DNA of 64,000 nt from Mytilus californianus (lineage: Eukaryota): the NCBI RefSeq assembly GCF_021869535.1, contig NW_026262690.1:50158001-50222000 (forward strand). Direction: 5' to 3'. A model generated the notes under the pieces. That model saw nothing but the letters and a program-made list of their open reading frames with translations, did not search any database and was not told the DNA's origin. The position numbers were made by a program, and so were the translations under genes. How positions within the stretch are numbered: position 1 is the first letter of the stretch; each line of letters starts with the position of its first letter. This document shows positions 45,834 to 57,754 of this stretch, one piece after another.

Positions 45834-46672
45834 TTGCCTAAGGGAGTACATTTTAATTTTAGTAAAATTTCGTAGATAACGAAAAAAAAATCGACACTTC
45901 TATTTTTTAATCATCGTTCTATGTAGCACATCTGTTTTTCTTGAATATCAGACACATCAGAATTTTCTTTTTATTTCTTTTCGTTTTTGAAAATTTTGTT
46001 AAACAAAATTGACAATGGATTGTTCCGATATAAGGTTAATTTTCGCAATCACGTCAGATATGCCTAATTGATTCAGAATTGATATTATTTCATAACTTTA
46101 TAAGTGCTGTTCTGCACAAATGCCGACTACATATGATTTTTTACTTTATGCGCATTTAGCTATGATATTAACAAGAAATATCTGCCCACAAAGGCGACAG
46201 CAGTCGCACTTATCAATGTTCAGATCTTATTGGTCGAAATCTTGTTTAAAACCTAGACATAGTCTTCCAAACAGTCCAAAAATATAGGTTCCTGATGCTT
46301 TCCTATGAAAATTCATACATCACACTTTCTTATCAATTTTACACAAACAAATTTATTTCTGTCATAGTTTAGAAAACACTTAATTGTAATAGGACACAAA
46401 TACATTACATTCCTTTTACTCTACAGAAGAGTCAGCGAGGTATCTATAAATAATAACAATAGGTTCGAACAACATCGACGAGCCATATTCTTCTATTTAA
46501 TTAGTACGTTATCTTCAATAGAAAATAGTAGTGGCTCTATTAATTGTATTCTCATACACCAAAAATGTAATGTCATGTAAGTTGCTTCCAGCGAAGAATT
46601 AGTCGTCAGTATCCAATGATCTTTGACCTTGTTCTATCATACTGTATCTAGTAATATATCGCACATACTATA

Positions 46673-49600
46673 CTATCTTGACGATTTTCGCTTTTTTATT
46701 GTATCCGACATCAATTTCATGCTTTCAAGTAATCCATCTCCTGTTTTTGCACTAACACCGTGTAAAAACCATTTTCTGTTTGTGAGCTGATGTAAACCCA
46801 GTTCACATGATATGTCAGATTTTTTTAGGGCATCTGGAAAAGGAAACATTTCTTAGTTTGCTTTGATACAACCGATTTTAGATCGTAATGTTGAAAATTA
46901 ATATCATCGTCATTCTGAAGCTATTTTGGTTTCATTTCAACATTTTTTGACATTCGTAAATTCTTTAAAAATTCTAAAAATCATTTTTCATGTAAAAAAT
47001 GTTTGTGCGTAACCCGTTTCCATAGAGACTATGACAAAAATTCTTCCCTATTTTAATCAAAATCAATTGGTTCCTCTTTGCAATCGGGTAGTTAAATTGA
47101 AGACGTCAATTTGTTATGGTCGTATCTTACTTCTGTTCGGCGTAGTCTTCTATATCTTGTATCTTAATACTTTTGCTTTGCGTCTTCTCACTTCAAAAAT
47201 ATTTTGTTAATTTTTCGTAAAGCTCATTAATCAGGATGGGAAAAAAAATGATAAGGACCTGATTTTTGTCCCATATTTTAACCATGTCCGAATGAACGCA
47301 CATACAATATTTTATAAAAAGAGCTCCAAAACATAAGTATCAAGGAAGTTTTTAATCATATTAGATATGAGAATTTCGGTGGACCAGTAATATATTTTTT
47401 ATATTTTTTTAAAAATTCGTCCATTTGGCTAAACAAACATATCAACACGTTTGAATGGCTAAGCCAACCGTTAAGTTTGTTAATACTACATTAATTAAGG
47501 ATGTACACCTCAGAGGAGCCAAAAATTTCTAGAATTAAACTTTTTTTCTTAACCCGATTTTTGGGTTTATATGACTGTAAAAAAATAGTTGGTAAAGAAA
47601 AAATCATATGGTGGTGCACTTCTTTTTTTGCTACAGCCATTTGAAAGTACCCAATTTTCATGATTTTCCCATTTTTCATCAATTTTTAGCCATTTTTGGG
47701 CTATTATCATGAAAGAAATCACAGTTTCACAATTAAACTTTTTTTCATACTTTCACTAAAGATGAAGTGAACCAATCTGAATAAACTTAACTAAAAAAAC
47801 TATAGGTAGGTGTTAATATAAGAAAGTTTTATAAAATTTTGTTGCTTTTTCGTGTCAAATTTACCATGTTGTCAATTTTGTAAATTTGGGATTTTTCTCT
47901 TTTTTTAGAACAAAAAGCATATTATTTCAACTTCTTTGTTATTAATGATTGAAAAAATTCATATCTAAGAAATTTGAAAAGAAAAAATTGATATGGGATG
48001 TATATGTATCTGGTAAAGTAATTTCTTGTACCCCTCACCCATTTTCTCAACATTTTGGCTAATGAGACTGACTTGATTGGTTATAAAATTTGAAAATTTT
48101 ATTACTCAAAAACTACTTATTGAAAATACACAATTTTTTCACAGAGTTAAGTTTGATTATAATATTTTTAAAATTCATTGATATTTTCCACTTGTAAGAC
48201 ATGTTTTGGAAATAATTCCAGAACAAGATTTTAACGAGACTGAAACGTCAGAAGAAAACATCCTTAAAATGGTTTTTTGCTTTTTTGTTTTTAGTGGACA
48301 ACATTACCTTTATAGCTGCTTAAACAAGTAGATATACCGTAAGAGATATATGTAATTAAATTCAAACATAATTCGATGGATTTGGCTATTTTTTGGGTCC
48401 TTTTTGGTCATATATCTCTTCAACTGTTTCGTTTCTTATATATACCCTTGGCTTTCAAATATTCGGCTTTGTGTGTTCCTGGGGAAAGTAAATCCAGTAA
48501 AGCGCTTCGGATGTATGAAATTTATTAAGTGTTGTTCTATTTTTTTACAGCACTGGGTCGATGGCACCGCTGGTGGACTATCAGTCATCGAGGGTATCAT
48601 CAGCTCATTAGTCAGTCCTTTGGTGACATGATTTATGACAAACCTTTAAAAAAATTATCCGTTTATAAAATTATAAATCATAACGAATCTAAAGTTTCAA
48701 CTCCCTCAGGCAAAGTTGACCTTAAATGTATTTGGCTATTTCTTTTATGTCCTTTTTGGTCATATAGCTCTTCTTCAGTTGTTTCTGTTACATCCTTGGT
48801 TTTCAAATATTCGGCTTTGAGTGTTCCTGATGTAGGTAAATACAGAAAAGCACTCCGGACGCATAAAATTTATAAAGTGTTGTTTTCATTTTTTTAAACC
48901 AATCTAATTTGTAAAGTGGGCATAATTACATTTAACATACAAAATGTTGAAACATATGAAGTTTTTCCATACATGGGTGCAAATTAGGCTCTTATCCTAC
49001 CATGTCAATTTTTAAATAATTCATGAAAATATCAGATGCTCTACTTAATAAAACTGACATACTTTGAACATCCTGTTTATTAGCTAGGATTCCTATTGGA
49101 ATATTTGCCGCTGTCTCACAGTTCACTATATACTGATGTAGGGCTTCCTTCGCCTCCTGTAGTCTCTCTTTATCACTGCTGTCAACGACAAATAAAATAC
49201 CTGTAAAAATTAACAAACTAGATCGATTAAATTCTAATTAGTTTAAATGCAAAAAAGAATTTGTTCGTTTACTTCTGAGCAGATAGCACTAGTAATCATT
49301 ACAAGAGAATCGCTGCAGCTTTGAACAATCGCAGATCAAGGCATTGCGGAGACTACAAACCATTTAGAATAGTATTAGAAAGTAGAATTTACTTAGTCAT
49401 CTATATTCATTGTCGTATACAGTATACGTTTTGTTCTATTGATGATTTAATGAACTAATAAATTAATCGTACCAAAATAAAATTAATTACTGAAAAAAAA
49501 ATGTTCATCAAAATACGTAAGCTGGAAAACAATCCAGCATAAGGCACTCACCCGCTGCATCTCTGTAATACTGCTTCCATGTTACTTTTACTTTTTCCCC

Positions 49601-49911
49601 ACCACCAACATCGAGCAAATTGAAGTGAACGCCCTTCAGTGGATTTATTGTGTGAATGTTAAATCCGATAGTTGGTATCGTCAAACTATTTCTATTTTGA
49701 ATCTTGTACGACAATGTCGTTTTTCCTGCAATATCAATAAATCTTTATGTTCAAATATCAACTCATATATGGCAGTTTATGGATTGTTAAAATGTTCAGT
49801 TCAGTTCAGTTAAGACTGGTCGAATTATATACTGTTTAATTTATTACCTGCTTCATCTAAACCTAGCAGAAGAATAGTCAATGGTTTCTTGTTTGATGAA
49901 CAAATTCCCAT
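46673..49911 (-). CDS. Divergent ARF-like GTPase A7, 178 aa, short N-terminus (LDVGGG)
   Basis: join(49848..49911,49552..49725,49063..49200,46673..46833); 537 nt, open frame. MGICSSNKKPLTILLLGLDEAGKT; NKQD; VSAK. Confidence 0.9.
47499..48263. mobile_element. TTAA-flanked MITE K2, copy 2, in intron 3 of A7
   Basis: TTAA|GGATGTACAC ... ACATCC|TTAA; inverted homolog of 35659..36385. Confidence 0.85.
48380..48900 (+). mobile_element. Retrozyme-like unit: ~348-350-nt monomer between two degenerate hammerheads
   Basis: Direct repeats at 48381 and 48731. HHR-like motifs at 48473..48514 (palindrome AAGCGCTT intact, core CTGGGGA broken) and 48821..48862 (core CTGATGT, palindrome broken). Confidence 0.65.
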
Positions 49912-50178
49912 ACTTCATATCATCATCTGAACTATTTTTGTAAAACGTATTTTTTATGTCTGTTAAAATGTGATAATACTTTCAGGATGTAACACTCTCA
50001 ATTATAAATGATCACTTCCTATTGAAGGTATAAAGTTTAATGCATAATGATTTATTGTCTATTTATAAAGATAATACATCAGTTTCCTTATATGTCCGTC
50101 CATATGTTGCTAAGGTGCGAACGTTAAAAATAAGCATTATTCTTCGGTATAAATAACTAGTGGCCGTTGTCTATTATT

Positions 50179-52581
50179 AGGTCTTTCCACTTTTCGGTGG
50201 AAAGACCTATTGTATTTGTTCTGATTATTAGGTCTTTCCACTTTTCTGTGGAAAGACCTATTGTTTTTGTTCTGATTATTATTATTTTTTTCTTCCGCCA
50301 AATTTTATTCTCGCGTAACATTTTTGTTTCGCAATATGTCGCTAAGATATTTCTTATATAGTATCATACAGTTTATGCGCTTTTTATTTTCACCCATTCT
50401 AAGTCGAACAATATTCTTTGTAGGAGTTATATTCCCGAACACTGTTTTCCTTGTGACTGCATCTCCTCCGTAACCGTAAAAGAAAGCGACAAATTTATTT
50501 TACCAAAATTGCTCGTTATATCCTCAGGATGTTTTGTCCAATTTTGACCGAAGCGATACGTAAACTCCATATGAGACTTATTTCCTCTTCTGTATTTGAC
50601 ATAAGGGATATATAAATGTATAGCATGAATGGTAAGTGATAGAGACCTAAGGTATATTGATTTGAGTTCCTTGGTTCATTTAAATGAAATTGAGGCCAAG
50701 GTCAAAGGTCAAGGTCATATTCTAAACTTTGACTTTTTTATTTGATCTCCTCTGTCACTTTTAAAGATACAAATTAAAGAACAAGTGCAAAATGTTTGCC
50801 TAATTGTGATTAAGATATGATACATTTGGTTTGAAACAATCCAATGACATCTTATAGGAGTTATTGTCCCTGAAATGATTCAATTTAAGGTTAATTGATT
50901 ATTACTCCAACTTGGTACATGATAAAGCCATAGGGTCTTTTGCAAACTGTTGGTTGACATATAACCTTGAAAAATGTCAACCGGAAGTGACCTTGAGTGA
51001 ACTGGAAGTAGTATTTTTGCACTTATTTCATGGAAAAGTACCTAGAAACAATATATTTTTTGAATGATCATAGATTAACCTATCTTGAGACCGGAAGTGA
51101 CATTTTATAAACCGGAAGTAGCATATTATCTTCCTTATTACAGGCATAAGTATAAACAAACTATATATTTTTGGAATCAGTGTGAATAAAGCTATCATAT
51201 GAGACCGGAAGTGACATTTTCTAAACCGGATGTTGGCAATTATCACCCTTATTTCAGGCAAAAGTATATAGAAACCATTTATTTATTGAATCAGTATGAA
51301 GAAATCTATACTTTGACGCTATTAATAACTTTGAGTAAACCAGAAGTAGCTTCCTATCAATTATTTAGAAAATTGATGTGGAAAGACCTTCAATTGTTCT
51401 TTGAACAATTGGTTTTTAAATATGTTTTTTTTCTTTTCTTCCGCCACTTTTATTTCTTGCGTATAAATTTTGTTGTCGCAAGATGTCGCTTAGATGTTTG
51501 GTATATGGTATCGAACAGTTTATGCGCCTTTGAAATTCACCCTGCGTAATCAAATACTTTTCTTTGTATGAGTTATCTCCCCGAACACTGTTTTCCTTGT
51601 GACTGCATCTCCTCCGTAACCGTATAAAAAAAGCGACAAATTTATTTTATAAAATTGCTCGTTATATCCTTCGCATGATTTGTCCAATTTTGACCGAAAG
51701 CCATACAAACACTCCATATGAGAGTTATTTCCCCTTATGCATTTGATATAAGTGATATGCGTTTCTATCTCGTAAACCATAAGTGATAGAGACTTAGGAT
51801 CTTTTGATTTGAGGTCCTTGGTCCAAAAAAAACGAAAATAAGGTCAAGGTCAGAGGTCAAGGTCATATTTTAAATTTTGATTTTGGCTTATTTTCAATTC
51901 TTTTCAAAAACCGTATAAGATATCGACGACATATTTTTACTAAATTGTAAGTTGCGACATGTCGTAACACATAAATTTTGGTTGAAAGGGTACACTAACA
52001 TTAAATTGGAGTTTTCTCTCCTCTTATATTAAAAATTAGGCATATAGTGATATAACTCATTAACCATATATAATTAAGACCTATGGTCTTTTGATTTGAA
52101 GCCCTTGGTTTATGACCTTGAAATTGAGCTCAAGGTCATAGGTAAATTTGACGTTCTAGATATTGACCTTTGCTTTTACCTCATATGTATACATGATAAA
52201 GCCATGGGACTTTTTGCATTACGTTGCAAGCCACTTGACCATGGAAAAGCCAACCGGAAGTGACCATGTGTAAACCGGAAGTAGCTATTTTTTTGTACTT
52301 ATTTAATGTAAAAGTATATTAAACCTTATATTTTTGGAATCAGTATCAAGTAAACTATAAAAAAAACCCGGAAGTGACATTTTTCAAACCAGAAGTAACA
52401 ATTTATCTCCCTTATTTAGAAAAAAAATGTATAGAAACCATATATTTTTGGAATCAGTGTACAATAAGCTATCATTTGAAGCTGGATATGATATTTTAAA
52501 CCGAATTTTTAATAGTTCTATATCAATATAGATCTTTATGGGTGGAAAGACCTTCAATTGTTCTCTGAACAATTGGTTTTT
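50179..52581 (+). mobile_element. Head-to-tail pair of Helentron-associated (HINE/DINE-1-like) elements
   Basis: 5' hairpin AGGTCTTTCCAC/GTGGAAAGACCT occurs twice, 51 nt apart. The 3' signature GTGGAAAGACCT + stem-loop CAATTGTTC/GAACAATTG + T-run occurs at 51378-51417 and 52542-52581. The two ~1.15-kb units are homologous. Confidence 0.75.
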
Positions 52582-53189
52582 TATCTCTCACATGGTTCGT
52601 TTTAAGTTGCTGTATGTGTTTTTCTTAGTCTCTATTGTAAACTATGTTCCGTGATTCAGATTGCATTTATTTATTTAGATGGTTATGTACTTTCCAATGT
52701 CCTTTTAAAGTTATGCTTTGTGAAGATACCCATCTTGAAATTTATTTCATGACCAAGATCACAAAATTTATATAGGACAATCATTTCCTTACACATACAT
52801 AATAGAGTGAACTATTCTTTAATCTATTTTCTGTGATGATGAACAACTTTGATTTCAGTTCCAGCATAACATGCAAAAATAAATACAATCATAGCATGTA
52901 CATTATTTATTCAGTTTTTTTAATATCATTTTAAAGAAGTTGTTCGAATAACATCACCACTGAAAACTGAAAATTGGGGGTATGCTTTGTAATCGCTCGC
53001 TTTGCATTTATAATTAATTTTGTTTGATAAAACTTATATTCGAGTTGGAGATACAATAAAGTATAATGATTAGTATTTAGATTGAGACTTGCTGTGCTCT
53101 GTTGTCGCAGATTTGTCCCTTTACTGTCATGAATGACAGCTTATGGCATAACGTCATGAAACCAAACGAAATGACACAAAACAGAAATT

Positions 53190-53470
53190 TCCAAGAATAT
53201 CAAATATTTAGATGACATATACTCTGTTCACTACAATCTAGATTTTTCTCAATATGTAAACGAAATTTGTTCACTTCAATCAATTCTTCCTTAATTAAAC
53301 TTTAAGAGTGAACACAGACCTCTTTAAGACATTATTATTAAAATGTCTAATGGTAATCTCCATACCAATATTTATGACAAACTGGGCGACTTTTCCTTTC
53401 TATTGATAATTTTGATTTGTTCTGTTGGTCCCTTTGTAATGTATTGATTTCCCATGTAATTCGATATGTA
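53190..53470 (+). mobile_element. Penelope-like RT remnant
   Basis: AATGGTAATCTCCATACCAATATTTATGACAAA..GACTTTTCCTTT resembles the GKLQTKIYDRRDDFSF region. Confidence 0.5.
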
Positions 53471-54865
53471 CGTGTTTGGATTGATGTCTTCGTAATATTT
53501 TCAGTTATAAACAATTTTACAGGCACCTTCCGGTAAAGGACTTGGTAATCCTTCGTCCTAGACATTCTGTCAAGATTAAGGGATGGGGCTTGACATGTAC
53601 TGATGGTTTTTGAATTTGGTGCATGATGTCTTAGGGTTAGACATTTATCACTCAGATATATTAACCACTGTCTGAATATGATTCATTCATGCAATTCAAC
53701 CAGAGTAAAATGACGGCTGTCACTAATGGAGAAAGAACTACTGACCCTTAGGAACCCATGAGTTCAACCCTTCTTCCGTATTTTGGTGGGGTTCATGCTG
53801 ATAATTCTTTAATATTTATGTGTAGTGTTTTGTGGACTATTGTTTGTCTTTTCGTTCTTCTTCTTTTTGGTCATGGCGTTGTCTGTTTTTATTCGATTTG
53901 TGATTTTATTTTGCAATCTCGTTCTCTTCTCTCACTTTTCAGAGAATAAAAAAATATGCATACCATAAAGTTGTTGAATCGTTTTCTGGTGGTTTCATAG
54001 ATATGAGACTTAACGCGGAAGTATAATTTCACCTGTAGGGTTTTAATAAAAAAAAATGATATTTAACACCCAGCTTTTCATGGTTATCACGCTTTTTCAG
54101 TTTAATCACCAAGTATTGTAATTATTATTTTTTTTCTGATTAGATGGGGAGTAAACATCAAATAAGTCGTTATCTTAACGTACTTTTCAATGAATTATGA
54201 ACCGCAAACCAGTGAATATTGTATCAGTTCGAACTTTTTTTGGGATTTCAGGAGTTCTTCAGAGATTCAGCAAGTGGGGTATTCTTTTCACCCCAAAACA
54301 TCTCTTTCTTTAATTGGGAGGGGAAGATTGTGGGGGTGTCATGGGGTTTTCGCCGATATCATTCTACGTTCCTCATGAAGGTGAATCCAGAATATATATA
54401 TATATGTGTATGTGTGTGTGTGTGTGTGACAATAATATAAGTTTGGTTTTAATTTACTGATAATAACACATCAACATTTATAAAAATAAAAATAATATTC
54501 AAAGATCTAAGTATAATGTTGAAATTGTAACCTTTTATAAGTTTATTTAAAGAATCGATAAGATTACCCGGATCGTATCTAAATGTCCGGGCTCGGTAAA
54601 CAACATCTCCGTAAATATTAGGATGTGCTATCCCGTTTGAAACATGTTTTCTACAGGTACCTTCGTCCTTTCCTTTCGATTTTCGAGTATTTTGTTGTAT
54701 TCTTTCAGCAGCATTTTTTAGTATTTATTTCCTCATTCCTACTAATTGGTTTTTAATGAACATGCTTTGTGGTATGTTCTGAGTGGTTATCGTGTTTGGT
54801 ATTATTTGGTTTCTTATAACGTGGTAAATCAATATGGTCACCTTTTATGTCAAACACACAGCAGG

Positions 54866-56842
54866 TTATTTCCTGATGGCTTCTGCCATAGCTCTCATGC
54901 TGTCATTTAGTCCATTTCCTGTTGTGCCACTTGCACCGTTGATAAACCAACGTCTGTCTCTCACTTCATGCAAATTCAAAACGTTTGCAATTTCTGACGG
55001 ACTAATGGCATCTGCAAAATTCAAATTAAATTTGGACATGCTACTTTTTTCAATATTCAAATATATTTTATTCTTGAGTAATCGTTTAATGCATTTTTTT
55101 TGTAAAAACACAGATTAATCATATTCAAAATGCAAATTCGTCCTTTTTAAAAAGAAATTTAATTCGTTTATTAAATTTCAAGAACGTTTGAGACGTTAAT
55201 GCATGTATGTAAAATGTTTTACAAAGACTCTACACATAAAAAACAATGAAATTTTTGTAAACTCGTAAAAAATAAAAATAAGTAATAAAATTATATGCAA
55301 GTCATGTGTTATCGAAATGGTATTTAATATAAGACAAACTACTTCATAAATATAAGATACGAACTAGGAAGGTCCTGTTTATTGGCTATAACAACCAGTG
55401 GTACTTCTTTCAATATGTCAAAGTTAAGTATACGATGTAATATATCTTTCGCTTCATTCAGTCTGTCTCCATCATTGCTATCCACAACGTACATGATGCC
55501 TGCAAAATTACAGAATAGTAAAAACGACATGGAAGTAATTTGTTTATTGATATGTTCAACTTCTCAAAACGTAAGCACAACAAAGATTAAAGAGACTTTC
55601 AGAAATCGACCCTTTCAGTCAAGGTAAATCTGTTTATCCTCAACAGTTTGGTACATGTAACCTTTCTAGTAATATATGATTATTTAACCGTTCATATTAT
55701 TTAAGCGCAAAAAAGTTAAATTATCCAGAGTTTATCATAAAAGTGTGGCACAACATTCATACAAGACTTGTAGTTACTCTGTATACACTATAAAATGTAG
55801 CGTAAGAGTCACTCAATTGAGACAGAATATAAAAACTTTAGGCATACCTGCTGTGTTATTAAAGTAATGTACCCACAAAGGAATCATGTCTTCTAGAAAA
55901 GGAATGTCCCATACCGTGAAATTGATCCCTTCAACTGGAGTAATGGTTTCGATATTAAATCCAATCGTTGGTATTGTCTGAACGTTTATGTTGTATTTCA
56001 TCTTATATAAGATTGTCGTTTTTCCTACAAGCAATTACAAAAATGTTAATGTATTGTCTCATGTAATATAAAATACCTTCCGGTAGGAGGAATGTTGATG
56101 GGATCGACATTTTTCTGTGAACCAAAAGAATGTCTTTAAGGCAGTGGTCACTGGATGAAAAAAATGTTGAAGAGGCCCAACTCCTCTAATGATTGATTTA
56201 AATTTATAAAACAAGAAGATGTGGTATGGCGCCTAATGAAGCAACTGTCAACTCGATACCAGATGACGTAGACGTAAGCAACTACTATAATCTTCAACAA
56301 TTAACAAAACCTATACCGTATGGTAAGCTATACACGTCCAAAATTGACAAAATTTAAAACAAGAAAACCATCGGCTTGATTTACATATTAAACATTAAAC
56401 GAAAAACAAATATGAGAGACAGCAAGTAACAACCACTGAATTATAATGACTTGGGCAAGGGACCTACATAATGTGGCGGGTTTAAACAAGTTTACTAGCG
56501 ATCATTCCTCTTCTAACCAAAACTTTGCCACTTGACGTTAAACAAACCAACAATCAATCAATCTAACCTAGAATTACAAATTATAAAAACAAATTAAAAA
56601 AAAAGAAGATTAAGACCTTTCGGATCGATTTAAGCATATTTTAAACATCCCCGAGTTCTGTTCCAACGCTTAGAATACGACTGTCGTCGAATTGTACACA
56701 TGATACATGTAATACCTTTCAATATACTAATTCATAAAACAAGAGAACCGGCATTTGACCTCCCTCCACCGTCTAATCCAAGCATTACTATTTTGTATGT
56801 AGCTGGTTCTCCTAACAAAGATTTAGATATCAATGATCCCAT
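54866..56842 (-). CDS. Divergent ARF-like A8 (WDIPFL); exon-1 donor non-canonical, possible pseudogene
   Basis: Exon 1 ~56764..56842 (MGSLISKS..GLDGG), exon 2 55848..56024, exon 3 55365..55499, exon 4 54866..55011; no internal stops. The expected exon-1 donor reads G|GGAGGT instead of G|GT. Confidence 0.72.
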
Positions 56843-57267
56843 GTTATATTAATGTTAATGAATCTTTCTGACACACAAAACAAACAACAAAAAACGTCCA
56901 ACATGGCATATCTCACGGGGGTATTTTAATTTTAAGAATAGAAATAGTAAATAAAATAAATATGTTTATAAATATATAGTTACAACGTTCACATATTTAA
57001 ATTTAAATGGCTTGTCAAAACGGAGGAGTATTTTCACAAAGTATTGATTTCTTTGTTTCGCTTGAACTACTGTTGACGTAACAGGAATTGGAAGTAGTTC
57101 AAAAAACACAATTGACGGAATACTTCCATTTTGACAACTGTAAGTAACCTCCCTGTCCCCTTCGAAAATTAGTCTTATGATGTGTAAATGATTGAATAAT
57201 GGCAAGACATATTAGTTTTGTTTTACTACTATGGAACGCCAAAAACTGTCTTGTTCTGGCCATTTTC

Positions 57268-57754
57268 ATTATATGATGTGCATTTACCTTTATATGATGT
57301 GCACTTGTCATTATATGATGTGCAAACACCTTTATATGATGTGCAAATATCCTTATATTATGTGCAAGTATCCTTACATGATGTCAAAACATCCTTATAT
57401 GATGTGCTAATATACTTATATGATGTGCATATATACTTATATGATGTGCAAATATACTTATATTATGGTCAAATGTACTTATATGATGTGCAAATGTACT
57501 TATATGATGTGCAAACATTCTTATATGATGTGCAAATATTCTTATATGATGTGCAAATATCCTTATATGATGTCATATATAATTACATGATGTGAAAATG
57601 TACTTATATGATGTGCAAAGATCCTAATATGATGTGCAATTATACTTATATGATGTGCAAATATACTTATATGATTTTCAAATATTCTTATATAATGTGC
57701 AAATGTACTTATATTATGGACAATCAGCTTTATATGATGTGGTTGTAACCTTAC
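57268..57754 (+). repeat. 21-bp minisatellite (TATATGATGTGCAAATATACT-like)
   Basis: More than 20 degenerate units; a further unit continues after the transposon at 61314. Confidence 0.92.

Noticed and set aside
52683-52733. MGIFTKHNF... in a TTCAAG-ATG-GG context like A2, as an orphan ARF exon 1
   Set aside because: It stops after 16 codons, has no GLD motif, and A7 has a proper exon 1 at 49848..49911.
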